A stretch of 64,000 bases of DNA from a virus, in the IMG/VR virus record IMGVR_UViG_3300030098_001484, positions 3,000 to 66,999 of that record. One strand, 5' to 3'. The translations under genes and the position numbers were made by a program. The notes below the pieces were generated by a model. It ran no database searches. It was not told the origin of the DNA and worked only from the letters and a program-made list of their open reading frames with translations. Positions within the stretch are counted from its first letter, which is position 1. Each line of letters opens with the position of its first letter. Shown one piece after another: positions 18,747 through 29,114 of this stretch.

Positions 18747-21700
18747 TATTTATTCTCCTGCATTGAAAGTATAAATTTGTGAGAAAATATAGTTTGCCAC
18801 TTTTCTCGTCCGCTTAGTCGTCCAATTTGCGGATTTTTTCTAGCTTGTACAACTAAAACATACTGATTAATATCATTATCCCAGTGCATTATATATTTAA
18901 GTTCTTTATCCCAAGTAGTACCCGAATCTCTTTCTGTAAGTTGAGAAAGAGTAGCGGGAGAATGGGTAATGTTTTTCGCGTTTCTGACAATACCACCAGT
19001 TTGATGAATTACAAACGATTCTTTATTTTGTAGTTTATTTTGTATAGATGAACTATTAGGAATAGCAATATTAAGCCATTTTCTATGGGCAAAGCGACCT
19101 TTAACAAACTTTTCTTCTCCCGTAGGAGAGTAATAAAACCTTAAGTTTTTACCTGCATATTCTTCTGGTTGTAAATATTCCATAGGCGTAACAATATTTT
19201 TATTATCTGCGGTATCATCTAAGGTAAAAGCTGGAATACCTAAAGAACGAATTTCGTGTTGTCTTGTATATGGGTTCCATTGTATGTCTTTTTTAAAATA
19301 GATATTATCGAAACCTAGATCATCCCAACTTTTCCACTCATTTCCTATTTTAACCTGTAGTTCAACAGGATTACCCTTAAACGCATCAGCCCAAGGTCCA
19401 GCGTTGTTCTTATTTCTATATAGACCATACTCTGGATTTTCAGCAAGATGTACTGGGATAGGCATAAATCTAAAATCTCCTGCCCCAAAGGATTTATCGG
19501 TTCGTTGAATATAGTCTAAAAGTGCTGGATCAGCACCAAACGGAATTGTAAAGTCTAGCTGATTCATACTATACTCTACTACATCAAGTTGGGTAACAAC
19601 GCGATTATCCTTTTCTCTTTCTGCAATAAACTCCCAAAATTGCCTATTAGGTGTTTGGTCAGTAATAGTAACATAATCTCGAACTACATCAGCATATGAA
19701 TAGTCTGTATCAATTGTTAAAGATCTATGCATATTATATGGGGAATATGGTCCGCGATCAACAGCATCTTGTAGGGGTTGCCAGAATTTTTGTCTTAATG
19801 CAGAAGGCATTAGTCGATCTAAATTTAAGTCCATCCAGTTTCCTGAATTATCAAATGCTCCTAAAACAGAATACTCTTCAAATATTCTTTCCATTTTAAT
19901 ATCTAATCCGGCTTGACGAATAGCTTTAGCTGGATTATCTGGATTATTTTGATAGGTTTCATAGAACGAAATAGCATCTGGACTTAAAAACCACATTTGT
20001 TCAAACTTTGAACCCGACAAACCAGACACATCGTTTGGATCAGTAATTCGCATAGTTTCATAGTGTCTTAATATATCGTCATACACGTTTTCGAGTGCAT
20101 TATCAAGCATCCCATAATTATTTGTTCTAACTGCGTCTTGCCGTAACTGTCTAAGTGTTCTAGTTAAAGGAACTTTAGATAGGGGTTCAGGAGCAAACTC
20201 AGGAGGATTAGATCCCAAGGTTCCTTGCTTTGTATCTAATACAGATTCCCATACTAAATCCCTACGTTCTTCAGGAATATTATTAAAAGATTTTCCGGTA
20301 GATACGCCAAGACGACTTTCTGCTTTTTCGATTGCACTGGTTAATAAGCTTAGTTCAGTGCGTAATCCATCCATAATTTCTTCTCTATTAGAAGCATTGG
20401 TTTGGTTAGCCCATTCTAATAAACTATCTGCTAATTCCCGTGGTCGTGTAAATTCTCTGGTTGCCCTATTTAAATCAACTCTTTCAAGAAGACTATTAAG
20501 GGTTTGCATGGCATCGTCATATACAGCGGCTTCCAGAAAATCTACGTTTTCCCATCCAGTAGCCCAACCTCGTTCAACCTGTGTTCCTTGTTCGGTTACT
20601 TTCATTGTATCATATGATGGATGCCATTCGGCTCCGAAAGCCCGAGCAAGATCCCATACTTTACGAAGGCCAGTTGCATTTGGATCTACTTTAATATTTG
20701 CATTAAACCATGCTCTTTCTTGATGGGTATGTGTGATATATGTTTCAATACGCTCAAGGGTTTCTTCTGCTTTTTGAATTTCTTGTTCTTCTTCTGGAGT
20801 ATAAGGCTCAGCAATACCCGGTTCTCGTTTAATTCTTATTGCTTGTTTTAATTCTCTAACTTTGCTTTGAAGTTCTTTAGATTGTTCTGGTTTTAATATT
20901 TCGATTCCTTCTCCCGTAGCAATTTGAGCTAATGTGTAAGCCATCTTAAAATTATTATCTTGTTTAGCTGCTTCTTGTGGAGTTAAGTATGGCCGTACCC
21001 ATTGATAATCATCTACGGCTCTATCAATATCTTGAGCTAAACTAAATAATTCTGGATTAGTTTGTAAACTTGTCGTAAAGTTATCGGGATATAATGATGT
21101 TCGGATTGCCATTCGTTCTAACCACTCAGGCAAAGCTTCATCTAATAGTTCGGGAGTATGCGGATAACCTAATCTTTTTAGTTCTTCATCTACGTTAAAG
21201 GTAGGATCTTCTTCTCCTCTTGCAATAATCGAATCATATAATTCTTTGTCTGCTCTAAGAATATCGGGGTTGGTAACGGTTCTTTGGCTATTATTAGTAT
21301 AGCTCCTAACAACAACCCTTCCTTCTTCTTCATAAGTTTGTCTATCTATTTCTCTTTGATCTTTTCGTTCATTAACTATGTTTATATAGCGAGCTAAATA
21401 AGACGGTTGGGGAACATTAGGGTCTGGAAATGATTCTGGATCTGCTAATGTAATAGGAGATTGAACACTTGTTTGATTCATTTGATGCATACTTCTTTCG
21501 TTATAAGAAAACTGAGTTTGTCCTCCTATTCCCGGCAATCTTCGAACTAATTGTAAGTTTTTTGGGCCTACTATTTCGAACCTATAGTTGTTAGAAAAAG
21601 CTTTTAACGCTCCTTGTACAGTGCTTGCGTCAAACTCTACACTAATTCCCGCTGCTTCTAAAATGTCAGGATCGGCTAGTTGCTGTCCAATATTATCTCT

Positions 21701-24700
21701 TACGGCTGGATTAATAGCTTGTTCTATTACAATTCGAAGATCTTCAGGAGTTAGCATATTAGCTAAGATATCAAATGAATCTTCGCCTAAAAGTGCATCT
21801 GTGTCAATTTCTGTCTGTTCTCTAAGTAAATCTAGATTAATCATTAACCCCTCTCCTTCAGCATTAGGAGATAATAAATATCTAGCGGTTACGTCTGCTG
21901 CATTAGCTTTTGCTAGTTCTAATTGACCCTCAACCGTAGTCGGTGCTTTTTTGTCGTTTAGAAATAATCGTTTTAATCTTGCTTCATATTCTGTATCCGT
22001 TAATCTATTATCAACTTCTGTAGAAGCTTGACCCCACAATGGATTAATTTTTTCTTTTGGATCTTGTTGACTAGGGTTTTGAATACGGTAAGGACGGCCT
22101 AAATCGTTTGTAGCTCTTTGATAATTAGATTCTAAATATAATTCTAAAAACCTTCCAAACTTTTGGTGGTCTTTATTTTCGCTGGTAGATAAAGATCTAA
22201 TAATTAAATCAGCATCGGGTATATTAATCTTTGCAAAAACATTAGTCATCCAGTAATCTAAATATGCAGAACTATCGCTATCAACTCCAGTATTTGTAGC
22301 CCATGCTATCGGTGCAAGAAGATGTCCGTTTTTAATTTTGATGTCGCCAGTTGTACCATCGTTTAAAACATTAATTTGTCTTTCTGATTGAGCCGCTAAC
22401 CAACTTTGGGTCGTAGGAATATTATCTATTTGTCCGGCCCTAGTTATTACATCTAGGTTAATAATGCCTTTCGCATATTCTTCCATATCTGTTTCGTTTA
22501 AATTAATTTCGTTTCGTTGTGTATTAATAGGGTTTGTTCGGCTTGCGCCTATAGATTGATTATGTCTTTGAGTAATAGGTTTTTGTGCGCTGTTCATAAA
22601 ATTATTAAATGCAGTATAGGCTATACTATCGTGAGCTACGTTCCTGTAAAAGTACTGCCCTTTAATTTTAAACTCCCAAACTAATTCTGGTTTTAACCCT
22701 GAAAAATCTAACTGCTGATTGATTCTGGCCCATCTATTTGGATTTGAAACTGCCGAAGGTACAACCAATTTAACCCCTTCTCTAGGTATTGATATGGTAT
22801 CTACACCGCTTTCTAATAATGGGTTAGGTACGTTTAAAGAAGAAGGAATAGTATCTTCAGGTAATATCATCATTAAGGATGTAAATGTATCGTCCCAATT
22901 AATTTTATCCATAATTTGTGGTAAAATTTCCTCGGAACTAAAACTTGAAAGAGATCCCTGTCTTACCATTGTATCAATAATGTTACTTGATCCATTCTCA
23001 ATATTTCTTTGCAGGGTTTGACGAACATGAGATTTATAACTTTCTGTTATACCTTCTAATGCTCTTTCATAATATTTAGTATAGATTGTTGCTCGTCGGT
23101 CTTCGTCTACAATTAGTCCGCCTTGATGAAGCTCTAACGAAGTTTGATACTGAGCTAATGCCGCTGCCGTTGCAGGTATTTCTTCGCGTAAAGCATAGTC
23201 AATTAAAGACGAGTCTTTGTTATCTGGTATGTACTGCTCATTCAATAAACCAGCCACATCGTTTCTGACGTTATTAAATATTCGATTACCAATATTTTTA
23301 TAGAAATCTTCTAAGTGCTTATTAGAGGCAGCAAAAATAATTTCTCTAGACTTAGGTAAATGTAATGAATTAGATAATGCCCCTAGTTCCGTAGTTAACT
23401 CATTGGCCGCAACTAGCTGTCCGTTAGATAAGGATTCAAAAAATGAAGGCGTTAGTGTTTCTATTTTTGTGCTTGTAGTTGAATCTTGCTCTCCCTTCCA
23501 CCTAAAGTTTAATAAGGGAAGAATAGTTTGTTTAACTGAGTCTTGAAATAGTTCTGTTAATGAGACATCCTTACCTAACGAGGTGTAGTCTTCTGTTATA
23601 GGTAACTGACTATCGCCTAATAAATTAGTTGCTTCAAAGGTAATATATTCGGCTAATGTTTGTGGATTAAATGAGGAAGCAAAGTCTGTTGCATCTTCAG
23701 GAATAATCCCTGCCCGCCTTGCTTCTTCGAGATTTCCGCTTAAATTCACCATAGTTTGTTGAACTATGGATTCTAAAATAGAAGGGTCTTGTGGTCCTGC
23801 ACTAGCTGTAATTTCTCTAACCCATTTTTTAACTGTCTCTATTTCAGCTTTCTGCATCATGCCGAATTTTCTATCGGACCATCCATTAATACTTTCTAAA
23901 AATGTACCGTCATTAGCCCATGACGGATTGTGTCTATATGCAGTATTAACTAAAGCTTTAACTGTATCGTTCCAATCTTCTTCCGTTAATTGGGGAAGTT
24001 GGCTCATTTTTTCTAAGGTTACATTAAATAAAGACTTAAAAGATTCTTTAGTTAGGTTGTTTCCAATAGCATCTAATACAAATTTATTTCGTGATTTAAT
24101 TAAAGCAGCCGGTCCTCTACGGGATTCCATAGCAACCTCAACATTTCCAAAATGAGAATCATACCAATCAAGTTGTTTTTTCTTACTCCAGTGTGTAGGC
24201 CACGAAGAAGAGGAAGGGTTAAATCCCAATCTTTTAGCCAATGCTTTTGAAACATGATCTTCTAATTTTGTATCAGAATATCTCCAATCTGGTTTTTGCT
24301 CAGTACCATAGTTACGCCAAGTTTTAGCCTCTCCTGATAAAAAGTCTTCTATTTCTTGAGCAGTAATGTTTGGCCCTAAATCTAAATCCTTAACCTTTAA
24401 TATATCCTTAGCCCTTTGATCGGCCCATATCTGTTGCTGATCATATCCAGCCGCTATTCCCTCTTCAATAAGACGCTCATCTTTTCTCTGGAATCCTTTT
24501 TCCTTTAAAACAATTAGCTCACCTACTTTTGTGGCAAATTCAAATCCTGAGCTTATAAAGTCTTTTACATCTCCTGCAACATTAGGAACATTTTGTCCAG
24601 CTTTTTCTACAAGATTAGGATCCCAATATTGTCTTTGTGTACTTATTGTTCCTGATCTACCAAATCCCTCAAGGTTTCTAATTACCGGATCAGCTATTTG

Positions 24701-24817
24701 CTGTCTTCCCGACAGTTCCTCTAACAGTTCCATACCTTGTTGTAAGTCTGTTTCAAAACCTTGTAGACCGCTTGATCGCTTTTGTGAGCGTCTATTGTTG
24801 TCTGGAATAAGTACCAT
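18746..24817 (-). CDS. Internal virion protein (gp15-like position, 2023 aa)
   Basis: Synteny between gp14-like and gp16-like genes; TAATG coupling. Confidence 0.65.
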   Translation of the reverse strand: MVLIPDNNRRSQKRSSGLQGFETDLQQGMELLEELSGRQQIADPVIRNLEGFGRSGTISTQRQYWDPNLVEKAGQNVPNVAGDVKDFISSGFEFATKVGELIVLKEKGFQRKDERLIEEGIAAGYDQQQIWADQRAKDILKVKDLDLGPNITAQEIEDFLSGEAKTWRNYGTEQKPDWRYSDTKLEDHVSKALAKRLGFNPSSSSWPTHWSKKKQLDWYDSHFGNVEVAMESRRGPAALIKSRNKFVLDAIGNNLTKESFKSLFNVTLEKMSQLPQLTEEDWNDTVKALVNTAYRHNPSWANDGTFLESINGWSDRKFGMMQKAEIETVKKWVREITASAGPQDPSILESIVQQTMVNLSGNLEEARRAGIIPEDATDFASSFNPQTLAEYITFEATNLLGDSQLPITEDYTSLGKDVSLTELFQDSVKQTILPLLNFRWKGEQDSTTSTKIETLTPSFFESLSNGQLVAANELTTELGALSNSLHLPKSREIIFAASNKHLEDFYKNIGNRIFNNVRNDVAGLLNEQYIPDNKDSSLIDYALREEIPATAAALAQYQTSLELHQGGLIVDEDRRATIYTKYYERALEGITESYKSHVRQTLQRNIENGSSNIIDTMVRQGSLSSFSSEEILPQIMDKINWDDTFTSLMMILPEDTIPSSLNVPNPLLESGVDTISIPREGVKLVVPSAVSNPNRWARINQQLDFSGLKPELVWEFKIKGQYFYRNVAHDSIAYTAFNNFMNSAQKPITQRHNQSIGASRTNPINTQRNEINLNETDMEEYAKGIINLDVITRAGQIDNIPTTQSWLAAQSERQINVLNDGTTGDIKIKNGHLLAPIAWATNTGVDSDSSAYLDYWMTNVFAKINIPDADLIIRSLSTSENKDHQKFGRFLELYLESNYQRATNDLGRPYRIQNPSQQDPKEKINPLWGQASTEVDNRLTDTEYEARLKRLFLNDKKAPTTVEGQLELAKANAADVTARYLLSPNAEGEGLMINLDLLREQTEIDTDALLGEDSFDILANMLTPEDLRIVIEQAINPAVRDNIGQQLADPDILEAAGISVEFDASTVQGALKAFSNNYRFEIVGPKNLQLVRRLPGIGGQTQFSYNERSMHQMNQTSVQSPITLADPESFPDPNVPQPSYLARYINIVNERKDQREIDRQTYEEEGRVVVRSYTNNSQRTVTNPDILRADKELYDSIIARGEEDPTFNVDEELKRLGYPHTPELLDEALPEWLERMAIRTSLYPDNFTTSLQTNPELFSLAQDIDRAVDDYQWVRPYLTPQEAAKQDNNFKMAYTLAQIATGEGIEILKPEQSKELQSKVRELKQAIRIKREPGIAEPYTPEEEQEIQKAEETLERIETYITHTHQERAWFNANIKVDPNATGLRKVWDLARAFGAEWHPSYDTMKVTEQGTQVERGWATGWENVDFLEAAVYDDAMQTLNSLLERVDLNRATREFTRPRELADSLLEWANQTNASNREEIMDGLRTELSLLTSAIEKAESRLGVSTGKSFNNIPEERRDLVWESVLDTKQGTLGSNPPEFAPEPLSKVPLTRTLRQLRQDAVRTNNYGMLDNALENVYDDILRHYETMRITDPNDVSGLSGSKFEQMWFLSPDAISFYETYQNNPDNPAKAIRQAGLDIKMERIFEEYSVLGAFDNSGNWMDLNLDRLMPSALRQKFWQPLQDAVDRGPYSPYNMHRSLTIDTDYSYADVVRDYVTITDQTPNRQFWEFIAEREKDNRVVTQLDVVEYSMNQLDFTIPFGADPALLDYIQRTDKSFGAGDFRFMPIPVHLAENPEYGLYRNKNNAGPWADAFKGNPVELQVKIGNEWKSWDDLGFDNIYFKKDIQWNPYTRQHEIRSLGIPAFTLDDTADNKNIVTPMEYLQPEEYAGKNLRFYYSPTGEEKFVKGRFAHRKWLNIAIPNSSSIQNKLQNKESFVIHQTGGIVRNAKNITHSPATLSQLTERDSGTTWDKELKYIMHWDNDINQYVLVVQARKNPQIGRLSGREKWQTIFSHKFILSMQENK

Positions 24818-24829
24818 TTAAAACCTCCA

Positions 24830-25648
24830 CTACCAAGTAGTCATTTGCTCTGCACCGGCCATCATTTCTAATTCACCGATAGTATTTACCATGTTTAATC
24901 CTTCTGTGGCCCCACTTAAACCTGCCGTAGCATAATCTAAGAAATTGTTTCCGGGTGTCCCAACATTTTGGGGTGGTTGAGAAGGTACAAAATATGATGG
25001 CATATTATAACTGAATAAGTCTCTCTTAGCAAGGATTCCCTCATAAGCTTTTTGAATATTTTGACGTTCTGTATGATCGTTAATTTTAATAGCCTGAAGT
25101 GTTGCTCCTGCGTTAGCTTTAAACTGTTCCTTTAATGCCTTATATGTTCCGCTATTTGTTGATAATCCAGATCCTGTAGATGCTGCCGCAAGTTTTCCCA
25201 TACTGGATTTGTATCCTTGGTTAATTTGTCGAAGCTTTGAACCAGTATCTTTTTGAAGCTGATGTCGAGCAGTACTTCTATATTCTTGTGCGGCTCTGCC
25301 TATTTCTCTGTTCTGTCTAAACCTAGCTTGATTCATCCTAGTAATTTCTAGGTTTTTCAGCAGGTTTTTTACCGAACCATCTAAAACTTCCCAGTTTCTA
25401 TTAGACATATTTTGAGCAAACTGTACTTGTTGCATATATCTTTGCTTGGCTTCGTCTGCTCTTTTTTGGAATATACTTAGTATTCCCATACCAGCCGTCA
25501 ATGCAAATTGCCCTACTCCTAACATATTACCTAATCCTCCTGCTGCTCCTCCTCCTGAAGTTGCAGCACTAATAGCTGACGATGTTTCTGACATAGCACT
25601 GCCCATTATAGCTTGACTTGCAAACATAGCTGTTGATGATGGCAACAT
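24830..25648 (-). CDS. Internal virion protein (gp14-like)
   Basis: Gly/Ala/Met-rich N-terminus, Gln-rich helix, AAASTGSGLS..SG motif. Confidence 0.65.
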   Translation of the reverse strand: MLPSSTAMFASQAIMGSAMSETSSAISAATSGGGAAGGLGNMLGVGQFALTAGMGILSIFQKRADEAKQRYMQQVQFAQNMSNRNWEVLDGSVKNLLKNLEITRMNQARFRQNREIGRAAQEYRSTARHQLQKDTGSKLRQINQGYKSSMGKLAAASTGSGLSTNSGTYKALKEQFKANAGATLQAIKINDHTERQNIQKAYEGILAKRDLFSYNMPSYFVPSQPPQNVGTPGNNFLDYATAGLSGATEGLNMVNTIGELEMMAGAEQMTTW

Positions 25649-25651
25649 AAA

Positions 25652-26875
25652 TTAATCCCCCCATCTTTGCTTATCTTTAGCCCATTGATCTAAGGCATCA
25701 TAAAATTTCATAAAACGATATCTTGATTCTCCTCGCCTATACGTTTTATTATCTAACCACTCTTCTTTGGCCTCATTAATTCTACCTAATTTAATAAGTT
25801 TTCTGGTTGTCGGACTTTTTCCTAACATTCCCCAGTATGTAGCATCTATTAAAGCGATCTGTACATATTCAGGGTACGTATGTAGATGCGGAAAAACTCT
25901 ACGGGTTGTATCAATTTTTTCTTGCACATCCATTTCAAATAGTTGAAAAACTTCAGACTTTGTTAATCCTTGTTCTTTTCGTATAATAGCCTGTACATCT
26001 AATAATGGATTAATCTGTCTTAGCATCCTAGCGGTTCGTGGTACTGAACCCTTTTTCCTAGGGTCTACTAAATGTCCGATCCCAATCGTTAAATAACCGT
26101 CCTTACCAGAATCAGCATATGCTTTATAAATGTTTCCTTCTTTACCGGGGATTTGTGGAGTACCGTCTCTTCTAATAGGCACTTCATTACTTTGAATATA
26201 TTTGTTTAAACCTATAATATTTCTTGAGGGTTGTAATAACATATCTAAATATTCTTTTTCGATTGGCTTAAATCTAGGGTCTACTCGTTTATTTTTAGGA
26301 AAACTGTATAAAACTCTTTGCCCTTCTTTTTCTTCTGTGTAATAAATAACATGGGGGTTAGGCCGTCCCGTAATATCATCTTCGTCCATATTTTTTACCG
26401 AAATACCTTCAGTTAAAGATACAGGTTCGTGGTAGTTTAAATCCGAAAGTAAAGATAAATGTAATGTTGGATGACCAATTTGTTTTAAATATCTTCCTTC
26501 GTGTTTTCCTCTAGGTATACGAGAAGCTCCGTGCCATATTCCTTGATGATAACCACCAAGAGGAGGACTATTTGGAAACTCTTCTTCGTAAGCTTTCATA
26601 ATTTCGTGAGAATATAAATCATTTCGTTTATCGTCAAAAGCACCAAAACTAACTGTAGGTGTACTAGGAGAAAACATAGACTTAGTAAATTCATCTGTTG
26701 TCATGCCTGCTATTGAACCAAGTACATCTTTAGAATTAGCTAATTCAAATTCTTGTTCCCATTGGTGTTTAAAGGTTGGGGTATTAATAGAAGTAAATCC
26801 TTTTGTTAACTCAGGATTTCTTTTTAACATTTGATTAAAGCTATTAGAAGCTAAAGTCGTTTCTTGATTAAACAT
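25652..26875 (-). CDS. Protein with C-terminal T4-type (GH24) lysozyme domain
   Basis: EGNIYKAYADSGKDGYLTIGIGH (E-x8-D..T); later ALIDATYWGMLG. Confidence 0.8.
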   Translation of the reverse strand: MFNQETTLASNSFNQMLKRNPELTKGFTSINTPTFKHQWEQEFELANSKDVLGSIAGMTTDEFTKSMFSPSTPTVSFGAFDDKRNDLYSHEIMKAYEEEFPNSPPLGGYHQGIWHGASRIPRGKHEGRYLKQIGHPTLHLSLLSDLNYHEPVSLTEGISVKNMDEDDITGRPNPHVIYYTEEKEGQRVLYSFPKNKRVDPRFKPIEKEYLDMLLQPSRNIIGLNKYIQSNEVPIRRDGTPQIPGKEGNIYKAYADSGKDGYLTIGIGHLVDPRKKGSVPRTARMLRQINPLLDVQAIIRKEQGLTKSEVFQLFEMDVQEKIDTTRRVFPHLHTYPEYVQIALIDATYWGMLGKSPTTRKLIKLGRINEAKEEWLDNKTYRRGESRYRFMKFYDALDQWAKDKQRWGD

Positions 26876-26877
26876 AA

Positions 26878-28563
26878 CTACCTCCAGCTACGGCCTTTGC
26901 GTATAGACCATTTAGTTTCTTTAGGTTGTGGGGGACTAGATGGATGTAAATGCATGGCCCCAGAAATTTTATTTCCTAGCATACCATAGATTCGTTTGTC
27001 ACTCAACCAGAGATCAATTTCAGCTTGTCGTTCTTGTTCTCTGTTTTTGGCAACGGCATGATCTACATTTAATCCAAGCGTATCTTCCCAAAAACTTACA
27101 GCGGCAGACAACGCATCTACCCTATCATCATGTCGTAGACTACCTCGTTGAGCAGTTAGTCTAGTTATTTGATGTTGTGTTTCTTTATCTTTAATAGCTT
27201 TAGAATTAAACACTAGACGGTGTTGAGCCATCACAGGTTCTAAAGCGTTTATCATTCTTATTTCTTTCAAGCCAGTTACACGAAAGTCTTCAATAGCTAC
27301 TTGACCACAGGTTTCTCCAATAATTGGACGAAGTAACTGACAGAACATAGCATCGCCAAAGTTAGACTCTACCCTGATTAATTTTATTTTATATTGGAAA
27401 GCTAACATAGCAATTTTCTTTAAGGTAGCTTCACTATATCCACCCTCTAATCCTAATAACTCATGAATAAAAATAAATCCATTACAGGTAGAGGCAATAC
27501 AGATAGCGGTTTCGTCTTTACCTCGACCACTTGGATCTATAAACATAGCGGTTTGAGTGTATGGGACAAAATGAGAGGCTATCCACATAGGATCGTAGAT
27601 TTTGTCTCCAGCCATACCAAAAGACGGAATTGTCTTATTTGGGGTAGAGGAAGCCCACACAACCTTTTCTGGGGCCATCTCAGGGTGAACATCAATCACT
27701 ATTAAGTCGGATAACTTTAGAGGATACTTAGCTGCATCTGCTAGAGTTGTATCGAGTTTATAATGTAAGGAGAAAAGCCTAGGCCCAATTTTAGCTTGAC
27801 GTTCTAAAAGAATTTCCATAGGAAATCTTTCTGGTTGGGTTGGTTCTCCGGGTTCTAATCCTGATTGTAAAACCCACTCATTAACATCTTCTATTTCGCT
27901 TTCAATACTAAGATCTGGCATGACTGCGGGAAACTTAGTAACATGATAGTTATCTTTTAATGTATTATAAATACTCTCTTTAATTTGGGGTGTACCAAGA
28001 AAGATAACCCTACCGCCTACGTTTCTAATCTGCTCAAACTCATGTACTTTATTTAAAAGCTTTTCTCTAGACGCTGCGGTTTCACAGTTACCCTCGATTT
28101 CAATATCATCTCCAATAACATACTCAGCATGGGAGCCAGTTATCTGTGAAGAAATACCACGGGCAAAGCAAGACTTATCCTGACCGATCTTGTCTCTAGC
28201 TTCCACATTAAACGCAAAGGCATTATCAGTTGTATGATCACCCGGTCTAAGATGAACACAATATGGCACTAAATCTAAAATTCTACGAGTCATAGAAATA
28301 AACTCAGCGGCTTTATTTCCCGTAGCCGATACAACAAGAATGGTAGCATTGGGATCTCGCAAAAGAAACCAAGATGCAAGACAGGCTGTGATTACTGACT
28401 TACCAAAGCCTCGTCCAGCTTGTAATTGCATATCTTTAGGCCCGTTCTGTAGGGCATCAGCCATTGCGTATTGAGCGGCTGTGGGTTCCCCTAGTCCCAG
28501 ATATTTAAAGCAAGCCCAAAGATGATTACGAAAATCATCCACCATTTCTTGAGGTACTTTCAT
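26878..28563 (-). CDS. Terminase large subunit (gp19-like)
   Basis: AGRGFGKS Walker A, DDIE, LGTPQ, IDPSGRGKDET, HDDRVDAL. Confidence 0.97.
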   Translation of the reverse strand: MKVPQEMVDDFRNHLWACFKYLGLGEPTAAQYAMADALQNGPKDMQLQAGRGFGKSVITACLASWFLLRDPNATILVVSATGNKAAEFISMTRRILDLVPYCVHLRPGDHTTDNAFAFNVEARDKIGQDKSCFARGISSQITGSHAEYVIGDDIEIEGNCETAASREKLLNKVHEFEQIRNVGGRVIFLGTPQIKESIYNTLKDNYHVTKFPAVMPDLSIESEIEDVNEWVLQSGLEPGEPTQPERFPMEILLERQAKIGPRLFSLHYKLDTTLADAAKYPLKLSDLIVIDVHPEMAPEKVVWASSTPNKTIPSFGMAGDKIYDPMWIASHFVPYTQTAMFIDPSGRGKDETAICIASTCNGFIFIHELLGLEGGYSEATLKKIAMLAFQYKIKLIRVESNFGDAMFCQLLRPIIGETCGQVAIEDFRVTGLKEIRMINALEPVMAQHRLVFNSKAIKDKETQHQITRLTAQRGSLRHDDRVDALSAAVSFWEDTLGLNVDHAVAKNREQERQAEIDLWLSDKRIYGMLGNKISGAMHLHPSSPPQPKETKWSIRKGRSWR

Positions 28564-28564
28564 A

Positions 28565-28852
28565 CTACCACTTTACCTTATGTGACCAATACCTTGCACT
28601 TAATTTATCTGGTTTAGAATCCTGAGCATTATGTCTAGCATAGTATGACTTTTTTCTAGCTTTTTCTTTTGCGGTTTTAGGATTCTTACCAGCCCCCTTT
28701 ACACCTTGTTGTCCAAAACGGATTGTTTTAATTGTATCTCCTTGTTTTGCCACAACAACGTGAGATTTAGTTTTATGATTAGGGGTTCGCTTGGGTTTAT
28801 TGTACCCAGAAACTCCGGCTTTAGCAAGCCTTGGGTCTTTCTTCTTAGCCAT
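28565..28852 (-). CDS. Conserved basic phage protein
   Basis: GYNKPKRTPNH..KSHVV..IRFGQQG..SARYWS..KW, a type common in aquatic phages. Confidence 0.75.
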   Translation of the reverse strand: MAKKKDPRLAKAGVSGYNKPKRTPNHKTKSHVVVAKQGDTIKTIRFGQQGVKGAGKNPKTAKEKARKKSYYARHNAQDSKPDKLSARYWSHKVKW

Positions 28853-28862
28853 ATTTTTACTC

Positions 28863-29078
28863 CTAAGTGCCAAATTTAAATGGCGTATTCTCCATCATAT
28901 CGGTTAACTCATCTAAAACTTCCGTAGGAATTTCATCAAGTTTATCTCGATTATCGTTCACAACTCCCCTAATAACTTGGTATAATCCCGGTGAGCATTT
29001 GCTCGGATCGTGTAAGTCTTCTAGAAGTTGTTGAAGGAGAATATTATTTAATCGTGATACAAGGTTTTTATCTGCCAT
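28863..29078 (-). CDS. Terminase small subunit (gp18-like)
   Basis: 71-aa helical protein ending ..PF, after promoter, just upstream of TerL. Confidence 0.6.
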   Translation of the reverse strand: MADKNLVSRLNNILLQQLLEDLHDPSKCSPGLYQVIRGVVNDNRDKLDEIPTEVLDELTDMMENTPFKFGT

Positions 29079-29090
29079 ATATCTACTCCT

Positions 29091-29111
29091 TATACTATTA
29101 TACCCGGTTAT
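29091..29111 (-). promoter_or_regulatory. Phage promoter motif, copy 2
   Basis: ATAACCGGGTATAATAGTATA directly followed by AGGAG RBS. Confidence 0.85.
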
Positions 29112-29114
29112 AGA

